Assembly (NCBI RefSeq): GCF_006345805.1
Contig: NW_021832585.1
Coordinates: forward strand, 1-58,584
Direction of reading: 5' to 3'
DNA length: 58,584 nucleotides
From: Octopus sinensis
Lineage: Eukaryota
The position numbers were made by a program, and so were the translations under genes. The notes under the pieces are model-generated. The model made no database searches, was not told the DNA's origin, and saw only the letters and a program-made list of their open reading frames with translations. Below are positions 39,240 through 51,746 of this stretch, in pieces. Each line of letters begins with the position of its first letter. Positions within the stretch are counted from its first letter, which is position 1.

Positions 39240-39965
39240 AGAGGAAAGTCCAAGAGAAAACGAAGACGGAGGAAAAAAGTCGCCAACAATCCAAATGTTA
39301 TTAATGTACACATACATACATACATACATACATACAAAAAAGAATAAGTCCCGGGGTCGAGTTGCTCGACTAAAGGCGCTGCTCCAGCATGGCCGCAGTC
39401 AAATGACTGAATCAAATAAAAGAGAGTAAAGAGTATATATATGAATGTATGTACATGCGCACCTACGCGAATTCTATGTGCGTTTTTACTTTTTTTACTT
39501 TCCCCCATTCGGGTTTTTTCCCTTCATTTAATGGCCCCCTGTGGGCAATAAAGAAATTGGTATTCCGTCTGTCTTTACGTTCTGAATTCAAATTCTGCCG
39601 AGGTCGACTTTGCCTCCACTCCTTTCGGGTTCAATAAATTATATACCAGTTGCGTACTACTGGATGGAGAGGGGGGTCGATCTAATCGGCTGTCCCCCTC
39701 CCTCCCCCAAAATTTCGGGCCTTGTGCCTAGAGTAGAAAAGAATATTTACGAACGCGTGTATGCTCATCTTGAATACGTCTACATACTTATTGTACGTCT
39801 ATTTTATTCGCGCATACATCATTTCAGTTACTGATGTATTCACGTGCGGATGTATATTCATGTATATCGTATCCATTTTAATTCTATTGTCACAGCATTT
39901 TTATACTGGAACACATCCGTGTTGCTTTTGAAAGATTTATTCAGAATTTCCCCACTACTACTACT

Positions 39966-40002
<37 letters not shown>

Positions 40003-40136
40003 CTTCACCACTACCACCACCACCACCACCACCACCACCACCACCACCACTACCACTACTACTACTACTACTACTACCACCATCACCACCACCACCACCA
40101 CCACCACCACCACTACCACCACCACCACCACCACCA

Positions 40137-40211
<75 letters not shown>

Positions 40212-40400
40212 ACTACTTCTGCTGTTGTTGCTGCTGTCGTTGTTACACTTTCACATCCACATATGTCTACTTTTATTTTACTTCGTTGATATAAATCGCT
40301 TTCCCAGCATACACCTTTCTCAGTCTTTCTCCTCCTTGCTTCTTATCTCTTCTTACTCTTTTCTTTCGACCTTTTCTCCTCAGCTGATATATCCTTTTAT

Positions 40401-40453
<53 letters not shown>

Positions 40454-40461
40454 ATATATTA

Positions 40462-40506
<45 letters not shown>

Positions 40507-40609
40507 ATCCAAACAAGAAAACACAGAAAAAAGGGAAAAAAAACACACAGCAACGCGAGGACATGGAACAATTAAAGTATTATTGACGCTCAGGAAAGAA
40601 GGGAAGGAG

Positions 40610-40645
40610 GTTTTAACGTTTCGAGCGGAGCTCTTCGTCGGAAAC
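40610..40645 (-). ncRNA. Minimal hammerhead (family F1) in an element at ~40503-40685 flanked by (TA)n
   Basis: Reverse complement reads GTTT-CCGACGA-A-GAGC-tcc-GCTC-GAAA-CG-TT-AAAAC. Confidence 0.6.
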
Positions 40646-40676
40646 ACGGAGAAGAAAAGATCCCAAGAAGGGCAGA

Positions 40677-40727
<51 letters not shown>

Positions 40728-40734
40728 TATGTAT

Positions 40735-40792
<58 letters not shown>

Positions 40793-40910
40793 AGATAGAA
40801 TGAAAATAACTACAGAAGATTTGTATTATATGGTTAAAAATATATTCAAATCGTTATGTTAGGAAAATGTTATAAAATTTTGTGTATAATGACACAGTTT
40901 TTTGAGAAAT

Positions 40911-41880
40911 AACCGGTTTCGCATTTTCTTTTCAAATTTCTGAAATTTCTTTACCGATGTTGTGTCATCGCTATTGGTCATCTTCGCTATGGTTATCTTC
41001 TCGCAACACGCCTTCCCCGAAAATATTGCCGTACATAACCACATACAACCCCAGAAACAAGAAAGCCTTCACCATCATCACCCCAAATCTACCAATGTTA
41101 CATAAGGACCCCCAAATTAAAGGAAATTTTACACAAACATAAGATCATTAAAAGCCACAAACAACCGAAGTCACTAAAAAAGATCCTCACAAAGGCAAAA
41201 TTATTTTCTAAAATAACGGACACAAAAGCGAAAAATGTGGCCGACCAAATTGCGCAACATACCCAAAACCTAGAAGGATCAGAATTCCTTTTTAAAGAAG
41301 GACAAAAATTCAAAATCAAATCTCACTTTTACTTTTGCCTCAGGAAACCTGATTTATGTTATAAGGTGCTCGGGCTGCCACCATAACTACATAGGGTCCA
41401 CGGGGTTATCACTTAGACGCAGATGCACTCTGCACCGACAGCAGATTGTATTCCTAGAATACAGAATGATACCATTTAGTGGACACATTGAGAGATGCGC
41501 AAAACAACTGCTACCATATTTGTAATCTTTTCATTTTATCAATGTACTATTGGAACACAAACACAAGTTAGATTAAATAAGGAAACCTACTTCATTGAAA
41601 AATATAAACCAAAACTTAACCATTTCTAGCATTTTTAAATAAAGAAACTTACCTCATTGAAAAATAAAGCAACATTTAACCATTTCATACATTTTATTCT
41701 ATCAAAACCAAATCATGTTAAATTAATAAAACATAATCATACCCAACATTTTTGATTATCTCCCTTATACCGAAAAAATCCCTGATTACCTCCCCGTTTC
41801 GAACTCTTCTACATCACACCATAGTGAATAGATGATACAACACCAGTAAAGAAATTTGAAAAGAAAATGCGAAACCGGTT
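40911..41880 (+). mobile_element. Penelope-like element 3' fragment (GIY-YIG endonuclease) with inverted terminal segment
   Basis: Frameshifted translation LPYITTYNPRN...KQPKSLKKILTKAK...KCGRPNC...NLIYVIRCSGCHHNYIGSTGLSLRRRCTLHRQQI. Segment 40911-40975 is the reverse complement of ~41826-41880. The element ends at (TA)n. Confidence 0.85.
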
Positions 41881-42489
41881 ATATATATATATACATATAT
41901 ACGACAGGCTTCTTTCAGTTTCCGTCTACCAAATCCATTCATAAGGCTTTGGTCGGACTGAGGCTATAGTAGAGGACACTTGCCCAAGGTGCCACGCAGT
42001 GGAACTGAACCCGGAACCAAGTGGTTGGTAAGCAAGCTACTTACCCCACAACAACTCCTACGCCACTCCACAGCCACTCCTATGCATAGTAATCAGAGTA
42101 ACCTTCATAATTTTATTGAATTAGGTGCATGGATTGCTATTTTATTCAGGGTAGGTACTACCTACCTTGCCTACCCAGACAGCAAGTCCCTGATACATAC
42201 ATACATACATACATACATACATACATACATACATACATACATACATACATACATACATACATACATACATAAACCAACTGACTCGCACCTTAAAAATACA
42301 ATCTGTAAGCGGAACGGTAAAGCTATGTAGGACATTTTTCAGGTTGAAAATGTGACACTGTTTTCGTTATCCAGCGATAGAGCTTTGTGTCTGGTAGAAA
42401 ACAGCTGCTTCTTCAAAGGAACAACTTAGATAATTAAAAATAGAAGCACACACACACACACAAACACACACAGACACACACACACATAC

Positions 42490-42587
<98 letters not shown>

Positions 42588-43246
42588 CTGAAAATTATTG
42601 AATCAAAATTCAAAGAGACCAAAACTCAAAAGAAAACGCTTGTGCATGTTAAATATAACTTTAAAAGCAAATAGTTATATCTTATATATTTGATGTTTCA
42701 GCAAAGAAACTGTTTTGTTATTTCAAAAGCTTGTCTGAAAGTAGCTATTTTCAATATATAAACGCAGTCGAAATATTTCAAAATAGTTTTCCTTAGTTAT
42801 TCTAAACTTTTGGAATGCATTCGATTTCTAACAGTCAAAAGAATTTCTACACGAAATATAACTCCAAAGAATTCATAATTTAGATTTATGTATGTTTATT
42901 TTACCTAATGTAAAATGATCTCATTTGATTCGTCTGTTTATTTCTAATTCTCTGACGTCGTGTTTCGGAGGAAAATTATTTCAACTGTTATGAGTCGACA
43001 GGTGAGCTAAATTCCTGAAAGTTCAAATGTCATCTGTGATGTTTTTGTCACCTTATTTATTTCTTTATTGCCTACAGGGGGCTAGAAATAAAGGAGACAA
43101 ACAAGGACAGACAAACGGATTAAGTCGATTACATCGAACCCAGTACGTAACTGGTGCTTAATTTATCGATCCCGAAAGGATGAAAGGTAAAGTCGACCTC
43201 GGCGGAATTTGAACTCAGAGCATAACAGCAGACGAAATACCGTTAG

Positions 43247-45290
43247 CAAGGTTGCCAATTTAGCATATTTTATGCTAGATCTAGCATTATTTTCAGTATT
43301 TAGCAGAAAATTTTGGAATCTAGCATTTAGCAGGAAAAATAGCAGGTTTAACATTTTATTTAACATTTTTTTTAGCATTTTTATCTGAATCATGACATTT
43401 CCACAATAGTTACCCTTTTTTTCTTCTTTTTCCTCCTTTTCTACTTTCGTTAATGTATCTTAGAGCCAAAATTTAGTACTATCGGCTATTGTTGAATTTT
43501 TCTTTCACTTTCTTGAAATTTCAAATGAAAGTTTATCAAAAGTAAGTTTATCAAGTTATGAACTTTTCCAGCCCTTCCGGCTTCGATACAGAGTGGTGCT
43601 GGTGGGAGGATAACGCATGTCAGCACCTGAACTCGCTACTAAGTAATGTAAATATATTGCAAAGAATGAATGAATGAAAGCATAGAATTTCGTCCTAACA
43701 ATGCTTTATTCTGTAGTGATGAGTTTTTATCACGACAAGTTGACTGATTTACTTTCACTTTGACTGTTTGAAAATAGGCCTGTGGTTTTTCATGCTTGTT
43801 TTAGATTATATATCTTGTATAAAAGTACGGGGCTGGCGGGTCACCCTTTTATAATTCTACTTCCTTTTTCTCTTCAAGCCTTGTAGTTATATTTGTGGTT
43901 TGAATATGATATTCTCAGGTTTATATCAGAACACTGTTTTAGGATTTCTACAGGTTTTACCTTTCCATTTATAAGTTGGCCTCCCTGCATCTAGAATCAG
44001 TATTCTTCACCCCAAGAATTTGTAAGCAGCAAACATAAGAATTGTTAATGAAAGAATTGTTGCGACAAACTGACAAGTTGTGTTTTCAGTTTTATATTTT
44101 TATTAATCCTTCAGTTTATTTTCTTGCTTCCCACTACATTATAATGAACAAAGAAAAAAGTTGTACCAGCAAAAATTCCGAAAGGAATGGCTTAAGATGA
44201 CAGCGTTTACTAAGTGGTTGTGTGAAGTACCTAGTGACCAATCTAAAGCACATTGCAGATATCTATATATATAAAACTCTAGTTGTGTGAGTGTCTGTCC
44301 CCTTCGATTTAGATTCCTAACTCCTCCCACATTTTGCGGTGCAGTTTAACCAAATTCGGGTATCTTATAGTCGTGATTAATATCGAGCCCGTCTGGCTAT
44401 TAGCGCGCGTCTACGATGAGTCTACGATTTTAAAAATAATTTAACATCATTTTTTATTCCATTTTAATGCATAATTTTTCGTGTGTCGATGGCGGCGGAG
44501 TTGGCGTCCACGCTCACACCTGCACCTGTGTTTGCTTCTCCCCCTTCTTCCCTCCCTCGTGAAGCTGTGGGGAAGGGAGTGTAAGGAAATCAACGTCGTA
44601 AAGCGTTGTCAAAGAGACGAGCGTTCTTTTAGAACAACGACTTCATGGCTTGAAGACACCAAAACCGAAATGGCTAAGAAAGCCCGAATTGGCATCTATA
44701 AGGGAAGTAAGTCTCTAAAAATGCTTATATAGTTATTTCCCTTACAAACCCGAACAACGCCGGACGATACTGCTAGTTGTAGATATAATATGTAGGCAAA
44801 ATATTCCCTTTTAGTAAGCCACTGTGAAGCAAAGAGGCATAAGGCATCAACTCCACAGCAAATGATTCCTCTTATCCATTTATTAAAACCAAAAATGATA
44901 AGACATCTATGCTTGAGGCAAATTTAGCAAAGTTTATTTATTGCTACTCATCATTTAATAGCTGTGATCACTTAATAGAGTTATGTAAGAATTATATGTC
45001 TGATAGTGATATTATATCCAAAGTGAAGTTGCATCGTAAAAATGTGCAAATATTGTGAGAGATGTTCTAGCTCCATATTTTGAAGGAGATTTGATTTCTG
45101 ATATTGGAGATGGAAAATTTAGCCTGTTATTAGATGAATCCAATGATATGTCGATAAACAAGTTGTTAGGGATTGTTATCATATATTATAGCGACACTCA
45201 CAAAAAAGTGGTACCTACATATCTCGGTATGGTATCTTTAGAAACATGTGAAGCAGATGGCATTGTAGATGCCTTAAAAATTGAATTAGC
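43247..45290 (+). mobile_element. hAT-superfamily transposase relic (TTF/BED-type Zn finger plus first catalytic D), interrupted by a Helitron
   Basis: Putative TIR start CAAGGTTGCCA. Translates YQQKFRKEWLK...KWLCEVPSDQSKAHCRY|C and FSLLLDESNDMSINKLLGIVIIYY. It is frameshifted and cut by SINE-B at 45290. Confidence 0.75.
44262..44776 (+). mobile_element. Non-autonomous Helitron
   Basis: 5' TC(TATATATATAAAA), 3' GC-rich hairpin then CTAG, inserted at A|T with no TSD. Removing it restores the hAT codons H-C-R-Y-C. Confidence 0.88.
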
Positions 45291-45417
45291 GTGACACCTT
45301 GGGCAAGTGTCTTCTACTATAGCCTTGGGCCGACGAAAGCTTTGTGAGTGAATTTGGTAGATGGAAACTAAAAGAAGCCCGCCGTATATATATATATATG
45401 TGTGTGTGTGTTGTGTG

Positions 45418-45451
<34 letters not shown>

Positions 45452-45766
45452 ATACGTTTGTGTGTCTGTGTTTGTCCCCCCCCCAACATTGCTTGACAAC
45501 CGATGCTGGTGTGTTACGTCCCCGTAACTTAGCGGTTCGGCAAAAGAGACCGATAGAATAAGTACTGGGCTTACAAAAGAATAAGTCTTGGGGTCGATTT
45601 GCTTGACTAAAGGCGGTGCTCCAGCATGGCCGCAGTCAAATGACTGAAACAAGTAAAAGAGTAAAAAAGAGAGTATTGGTCTAAACTGTTAAGATATGAA
45701 TGTTAAAGAGATAGTTGAATAACTGTTATCCTACTTTGGGCCACCCTGTATATATATTATATATAT

Positions 45767-45814
<48 letters not shown>

Positions 45815-45936
45815 ATATATATATACATATTTATATATACATACAGGGTGGCCCAAATATATATATATATATATATACATACTACACACACACACACACA
45901 CATACATATTATATATATATATATATAATATATATG

Positions 45937-45990
<54 letters not shown>

Positions 45991-45996
45991 ATATAA

Positions 45997-46040
<44 letters not shown>

Positions 46041-46042
<2 letters not shown>

Positions 46043-46252
46043 GGGTGGCCCAAAAGAAGGTTTACAGTTATCGCGTTGGCACTTGAATTCTTTTAAAACA
46101 TTTTATTACATTTAAATTTCTATTTTGCAATTAACTGAATTAGCATAGAATAATGGTGTTTCAGATTATTTTATAATTAAGGTGTAAACTATTAATATAT
46201 GAATGCGAAAGAAATATTTAAATACCTGTATACCTACTTTTGGGCCACCCTG
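46041..46252. mobile_element. Tc1/mariner-type MITE
   Basis: TIRs CAGGGTGGCCCAAAAG... / ...CTTTTGGGCCACCCTG with TA TSD. Solo TIR pieces lie at ~45720-45748 and ~45845. Confidence 0.8.
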
Positions 46253-48367
46253 TATATAAAAAGTGAATTTTGTGTGTATATTTAGCGCTGAATGGTTGAT
46301 GTATGCCTGATGTTCCGATGATTTGATGAGCTACCTTTCTTTATTTTCTTTAATTTGTGAATATACAATTGTATTATATAATGCTGAACACACATATCAA
46401 CGCAAACACGTATACATAACTTCTTGTACACCGAAATTAATACTATATTAAGAAGGTTGAGAAACGGCCGTAGTCATACGTGGTTAGATAAATATATATT
46501 CACCACACATACCTTTTGACTTCATGGTTTTATATACTGTTCATAGAATAATTTCATCGCTTAGACTTTCTGAGTTTTCAGTTACATTGACACTTTACAA
46601 TTGATTTATAATGTGGACTGATAGCCGGATTCTAAAGAGGAACTTACTGTGATAGCCGCACAATTCTCTGAATCCATATTGTATACTACTCAAATATATA
46701 TAAAAGAAAAATATACAGGGTAGAAAAATTATGGAAATTTTTCTACCAGTGTGTCCTAGCATGTATAAAATAGTCAATAAACACGAAAGAGGTGACCTAA
46801 CAGGACTCCTTACACGCTAGAAGGAATAGTCAAAGTCCAAACCACGGTTAAGAACAATTTCGAAAGGAATGAAAAATAAAAAAACATTCTTCCAGTTTCC
46901 ATCTACCAAATCCTCTCCCAAGGCTTTGGCGGCCCGAGGCTATAGTAGAAGACACCTGCCGAAGGTACCACGCTGTGGGACTGAGCTCGGAACCGTGTGG
47001 CTGGAGAACAAACTTCTTAGCACATAACGCCTGCGCTTATGGGTATATGTGTTCTCTCTTTTTGTACTTAGAGACGAGGTAGCTGAAATTTCTTAAGGAG
47101 GATTAAATTTTCCTGCCCTGTCTCTGGTGTCATGGACTTTCGGAAATACAAAAAGCAAGTCTAACTTAGCAGAAACCGAATTCTTACATCGTCAGAAATG
47201 CAAAACCGAACCGTCAAAGAGCAAATCGTCATCGTCGTCGTGGTACTTCGTCGGTTACGACGACGAGGATTCCAGTCGATCCGATCAATGGAACAGCCTG
47301 CTCGTGAAATTAACGTGCAAGTGGCTGAGCACTCCACAGACACGTGTACCCTTAACGTAGTTCCCGGGGAGATTCAGCGTGACAAGGCTGGCCCTTTGAA
47401 ACACAGGTACAAGAGAAACAGGAAGAAAGAGTGAAAGAAAGTCGTGGTGAAAGAATACAGCAGGGATCGCCACCACCACCACCCTGCCGGAGCCTCGTGG
47501 AGCTTTTAGGTGTTTTCGTTCAATAAACACTCACAACACCCGGTCTGGGAATCGAAACCACGATCCTACGGCAGCGAGTTCGCTGCCCTAACTACTGGGC
47601 CTCCACCCCATAGAGTATTCAGTTAGGTGGTGTATCGCACGATCTTTTCTTGATATGCAGTTAGTTAATTTCTGTCTTCCTGTTGAGCGCTAAAAACCAT
47701 TTCGGATTAATAAGTGTAGTTTACACAACACTCTCTCGTTATATTCTTACATCATAGCATGGCTTCTCATTAGCTGTTATCTTCAAGTAAAACAAGATGA
47801 CAAAAATACAAAGCGAAATTTTATTATCAGCTATTAATGCTTTTGTGATTATTGTTGCTGAGTTGTACCCAGGCTGTTTGCTATCGCTATTGCAATCCTT
47901 TTCGTTGTTGTTGTTCTTTTAGTTGTTGTTGTTGCCATTTCAGCTAATTTTATTTTCCAACTGTTGTTTATATTGACGTTGTCATCGCAGTTTTATTTCA
48001 ACAACGTACGCATATCATTATTTTTTGCAAATGAGAAAAAAAGTGGCGACGGGATTTTTTAAGCTCCTGGCGAATATAAACCACCTTTAATTTTATTAAT
48101 TTTTGTTTGCGGTTGTTTTCTGTTTCTTTTTTTTTATGTATTTTGTTTTGTGAATTGGTTTTCAATTCTCGGTGGAAGCAAGTGTCTTTCTTTTTGACAA
48201 CAATAAAACTCCATTAACATCAGATACCTTTCTATCTGTTCAGATTTTCATTTAAAAAGACATAACCCGAAAGTTTATTAAAAAAGGAAACAGGGATTTG
48301 CTGGTTCTGTTTTGAAATATAGTGCATAGCCACAAGCTCATACAAACACACACACACACACACACAC

Positions 48368-48411
<44 letters not shown>

Positions 48412-48680
48412 ACACACACACACACACACGCACACAGGCAAACAAACACACATACGAGGTGGTATCAAAAGGTTCCCAGTCGAGTTATGTTTAATAAAAA
48501 ATAACTTATTCACGGAATTATTTATCGGGGTCGATAAATAAAGTACCAGTTTCGCACTGGGGTCGATGTAATCGACTTAATCCCTTTGTCTGTCCTTGTT
48601 GTTCGCCTCTATGTTTAGCCCCTTGAGTAGTAAAAAAAAATAATACCTTCACAAATAATTCTCGTGAATTATTTGCTCCA

Positions 48681-48725
<45 letters not shown>

Positions 48726-48963
48726 TATATAATATTATATATATATTACTTATATATATATATATATTAAATATATATATAAATAAATAAATAAATATAT
48801 ATATATTATATATAATATATATTATATTAAATTAGAGATAAAACCACTATTAGGCAAATCAAACAATGAAAAACATAAGCCAATACATAAAATTAATTTA
48901 ATTTATATTATTTTAAATATATATCAAAGGTATTAAAAGTTTAATAAAAGATAAAGAGTAAAA

Positions 48964-49055
48964 CACTACGATCGTTTCATGCCTGTACAATTCGAATAAC
49001 AATAATTTAAATTCAATTAATAATTCGAGTTATGGTTACAGTCAATCTTCAGGTT
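48964..49055 (-). ncRNA. Degenerate hammerhead with long stem II
   Basis: Reverse complement reads AAC-CTGAAGA-TTGACTGTA...TACAGGCAT-GAAA-CGATCG-TA|GTG. Stem III is palindromic (ACGATCGT); stems I and II are imperfect. It lies in an AT-rich element next to (TA)n. Confidence 0.55.
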
Positions 49056-49748
49056 AATTGGAATATCTAAAAAATAATCAGAAATATTTAAACAATATTT
49101 TAAAGATATAAATAATATAATAATATTACTTATAATAAACTTTATTATCAAACTAGAAACATAAAACTTAACAATTATGATTATATCAAAATCGACTATA
49201 ATGTTAAATATTAATTTTAATTTATAAGGTAGGAAACCCACCAATAATCTAATATCGATATTAATCTATATCTAATTACATAAATATTTAAAAATAACTA
49301 TTATATATAAATTATCAATGAAAATATATAAATGTATATAAATATTATAATTAATATCTAAAATAATCCCTATAAATAAATATATATCCATCCAAACTTC
49401 ATACCATACAACCACAAGAATTCTATATTCTATTATTTTGTCTCACTTTCGTTTTCTTTATGTGTCCGTGTGTGTGTGTTTTGTTTTTAATTTTTTGTAT
49501 GTAATAAGTAGAGAAATGCCGTAGTTGTTGTTGCTGTTGCTGTTGCTATATTAGCGAATCGTTTTATTTTCTGGTAAATCTATGTAGAAACGGTTTGCAG
49601 AAATCTCTTAAAGTATCAACAATAAACGAACAAACGAACGGAACGGGTCACAGGTGTTTAGCGGGAAAATGAAGAGGGGCCTAATTAATTTGATTCGGAA
49701 AAAAAGAAATGCTGACGACGACCACAGCAACAGCAGCAGCAGCAGTAA

Positions 49749-49797
<49 letters not shown>

Positions 49798-50262
49798 GGT
49801 GGTGGTTACAATGTCTTTAGAAATGTCATCAACATTATCAGCATCATCATCATCAGCATCATCAACACCACCATTATCCTCATCATCAACATCATCCTCA
49901 ACAACATCACCAGCAACAAAAACACAACCATAACCACCACCACCACCACCATCATTATCATCACCGTCATCATAATTCTCATCTTCCTACATTGATTCCC
50001 CCATCCCCCACCCACACACTACAGACAGAAGGTCGTTGTCATTTTTCGGCTATCAACACGTATACGAAAAAAAGTTTCACACACTGAACCAATCTCTTAC
50101 GCAACCACAGCATACACACCCGCATACATATAGCGTATGCAAACACATTAACACACAAGCCCGACATACATATATATATATTCCACGCCATCAAATAGAT
50201 ATAAATGAATATCTACAGCTGATGTCTGTCAATGGAGTCGTCTCCATTTTCTTTATCTATAT

Positions 50263-50317
<55 letters not shown>

Positions 50318-50454
50318 AATATATTATATATATATATATATATTATAATAAATAATATATATATATATATAAAATTATTTGAGTGAATTATTAATCCTAA
50401 CTTGCCTGGAAAAAATTCGATTTAGAAATACTAAATCAATTTCACACAATATGA

Positions 50455-50498
<44 letters not shown>

Positions 50499-50695
50499 TA
50501 TATTATTATATATAATATATAATATATATATATATATATAAATTAGAAAAAGAACACCTTTATCATTCAAAATGAAACAATTAAATTTCAACATCTAGAA
50601 ATTACGTATAATAGAAATATTAAATTAAATAACAATAAATACCAATGATTAAGTAAATTGCAAAAAATATAAAACGCGTATATAATTGGTAGATT

Positions 50696-50797
50696 AACGA
50701 CACGTGTTTCGTGGCTATATTTAAGAAATGACTATAGCAAAAAAATTAATAATATTAGTAAAACCACTTCGATATAAATATAGCCACTCATCAGGTT
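50696..50797 (-). ncRNA. Type-I hammerhead ribozyme with long stem II
   Basis: Reverse complement reads AAC-CTGATGA-GTGGCTATATTTA-(51 nt)-TAAATATAGCCAC-GAAA-CACGTG-TC|GTT. It has a perfect 13-bp stem II, palindromic stem III ACACGTGT, a GUC triplet and a 3-bp stem I. A partial copy of the 3' half lies at ~32567-32591. Confidence 0.8.
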
Positions 50798-51074
50798 GAA
50801 AATAAACTAGAATAACAAATAATTAATTAGTAATTATACTTTAATATATATAATATGTATATATAATGATAAATATCAAAGTGAGTTATATACAGTAGCG
50901 GTAACACATCGTGACGTATTTTTGCATTCAATATGGCTAACCCCTAAGGGTGGATGCTACTGTAGTTTTAGCCCCAGAGAGGCACACACTCCTCCAGCTG
51001 GCCATAGACACACTATCTGTGTCCTGTCAGTATTTGCAAAGGGAAGTCATCCTTCCCGTCTTCAACTTATGATA

Positions 51075-51117
51075 CACACGACTCGAGTTTCGATGTATTG
51101 ACTCTCGTCAGCGTGTG
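51075..51117 (-). ncRNA. Type-I hammerhead ribozyme (inverted retrozyme copy 1), slightly degenerate
   Basis: Reverse complement reads CACACG-CTGACGA-GAGT-caat-ACATC-GAAA-CTCGAG-T-CGTGTG. There are small indels in stem II and at the cleavage site. Confidence 0.75.
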
Positions 51118-51348
51118 ACAATCATAGTTGTCGCCGAGAATTATATTTCCTTCACAAATACTTATATTTTCCAGCGTCCACTGTCGCTGATATTGAAAAA
51201 GTGAAATCAAACTCACTTTGATATTTATATAACTCACTTTGATATTTATCATTGTTTGATTTCACTTTTTCAATATCAGCGAAAGTGGACGCAGGAAAAA
51301 GTATAAGTATTGTGAAGGAATCTAATTCTCGGCGACAACTATGATTGT

Positions 51349-51392
51349 CACACGCTGACGAGAGGTCAATACCTCGAACTCGAGTCCGTGTG
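51349..51392 (+). ncRNA. Type-I hammerhead ribozyme (retrozyme copy 2), one A missing from GAAA
   Basis: Identical to 51702-51746 except GAACTCGAGTC. The 1-nt homopolymer deletion is either real or an assembly error. Confidence 0.8.
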
Positions 51393-51701
51393 TATCATAA
51401 GTTGAAGACGGAAGGATGACTTCCCTTTGCAAATACTGACAGGACACAGATAGTGTGTCTATGGCCAGCTGGAGGAGTGTGTCCTCCTGGGGCTAAAAAC
51501 TACAGTAGCATCAACCCTTAGGGGTTAGCCATATTGAAATGGCCAAAAATACGTCACGATGTGCTTACCGCTACTGTATATAACTCACTAGTGATATTTA
51601 TCATTGTTTGATTTCACTTTTTCAATATCAGCGAAGTGGACGCTGGAAAAAGTATAAGTATTTGTGAAGGAAATCTAATTTCCGGCGACAACTATGATTG
51701 T

Positions 51702-51746
51702 CACACGCTGACGAGAGGTCAATACCTCGAAACTCGAGTCCGTGTG
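51702..51746 (+). ncRNA. Type-I hammerhead ribozyme, intact (retrozyme copy 3)
   Basis: CACACG-CTGACGA-GAGGT-caat-ACCTC-GAAA-CTCGAG-TC|CGTGTG. It has a 6-bp stem I, canonical CUGANGA/GAAA core, 5-bp stem II and palindromic stem III (ACTCGAGT), with GUC cleavage after 51740. Confidence 0.93.
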
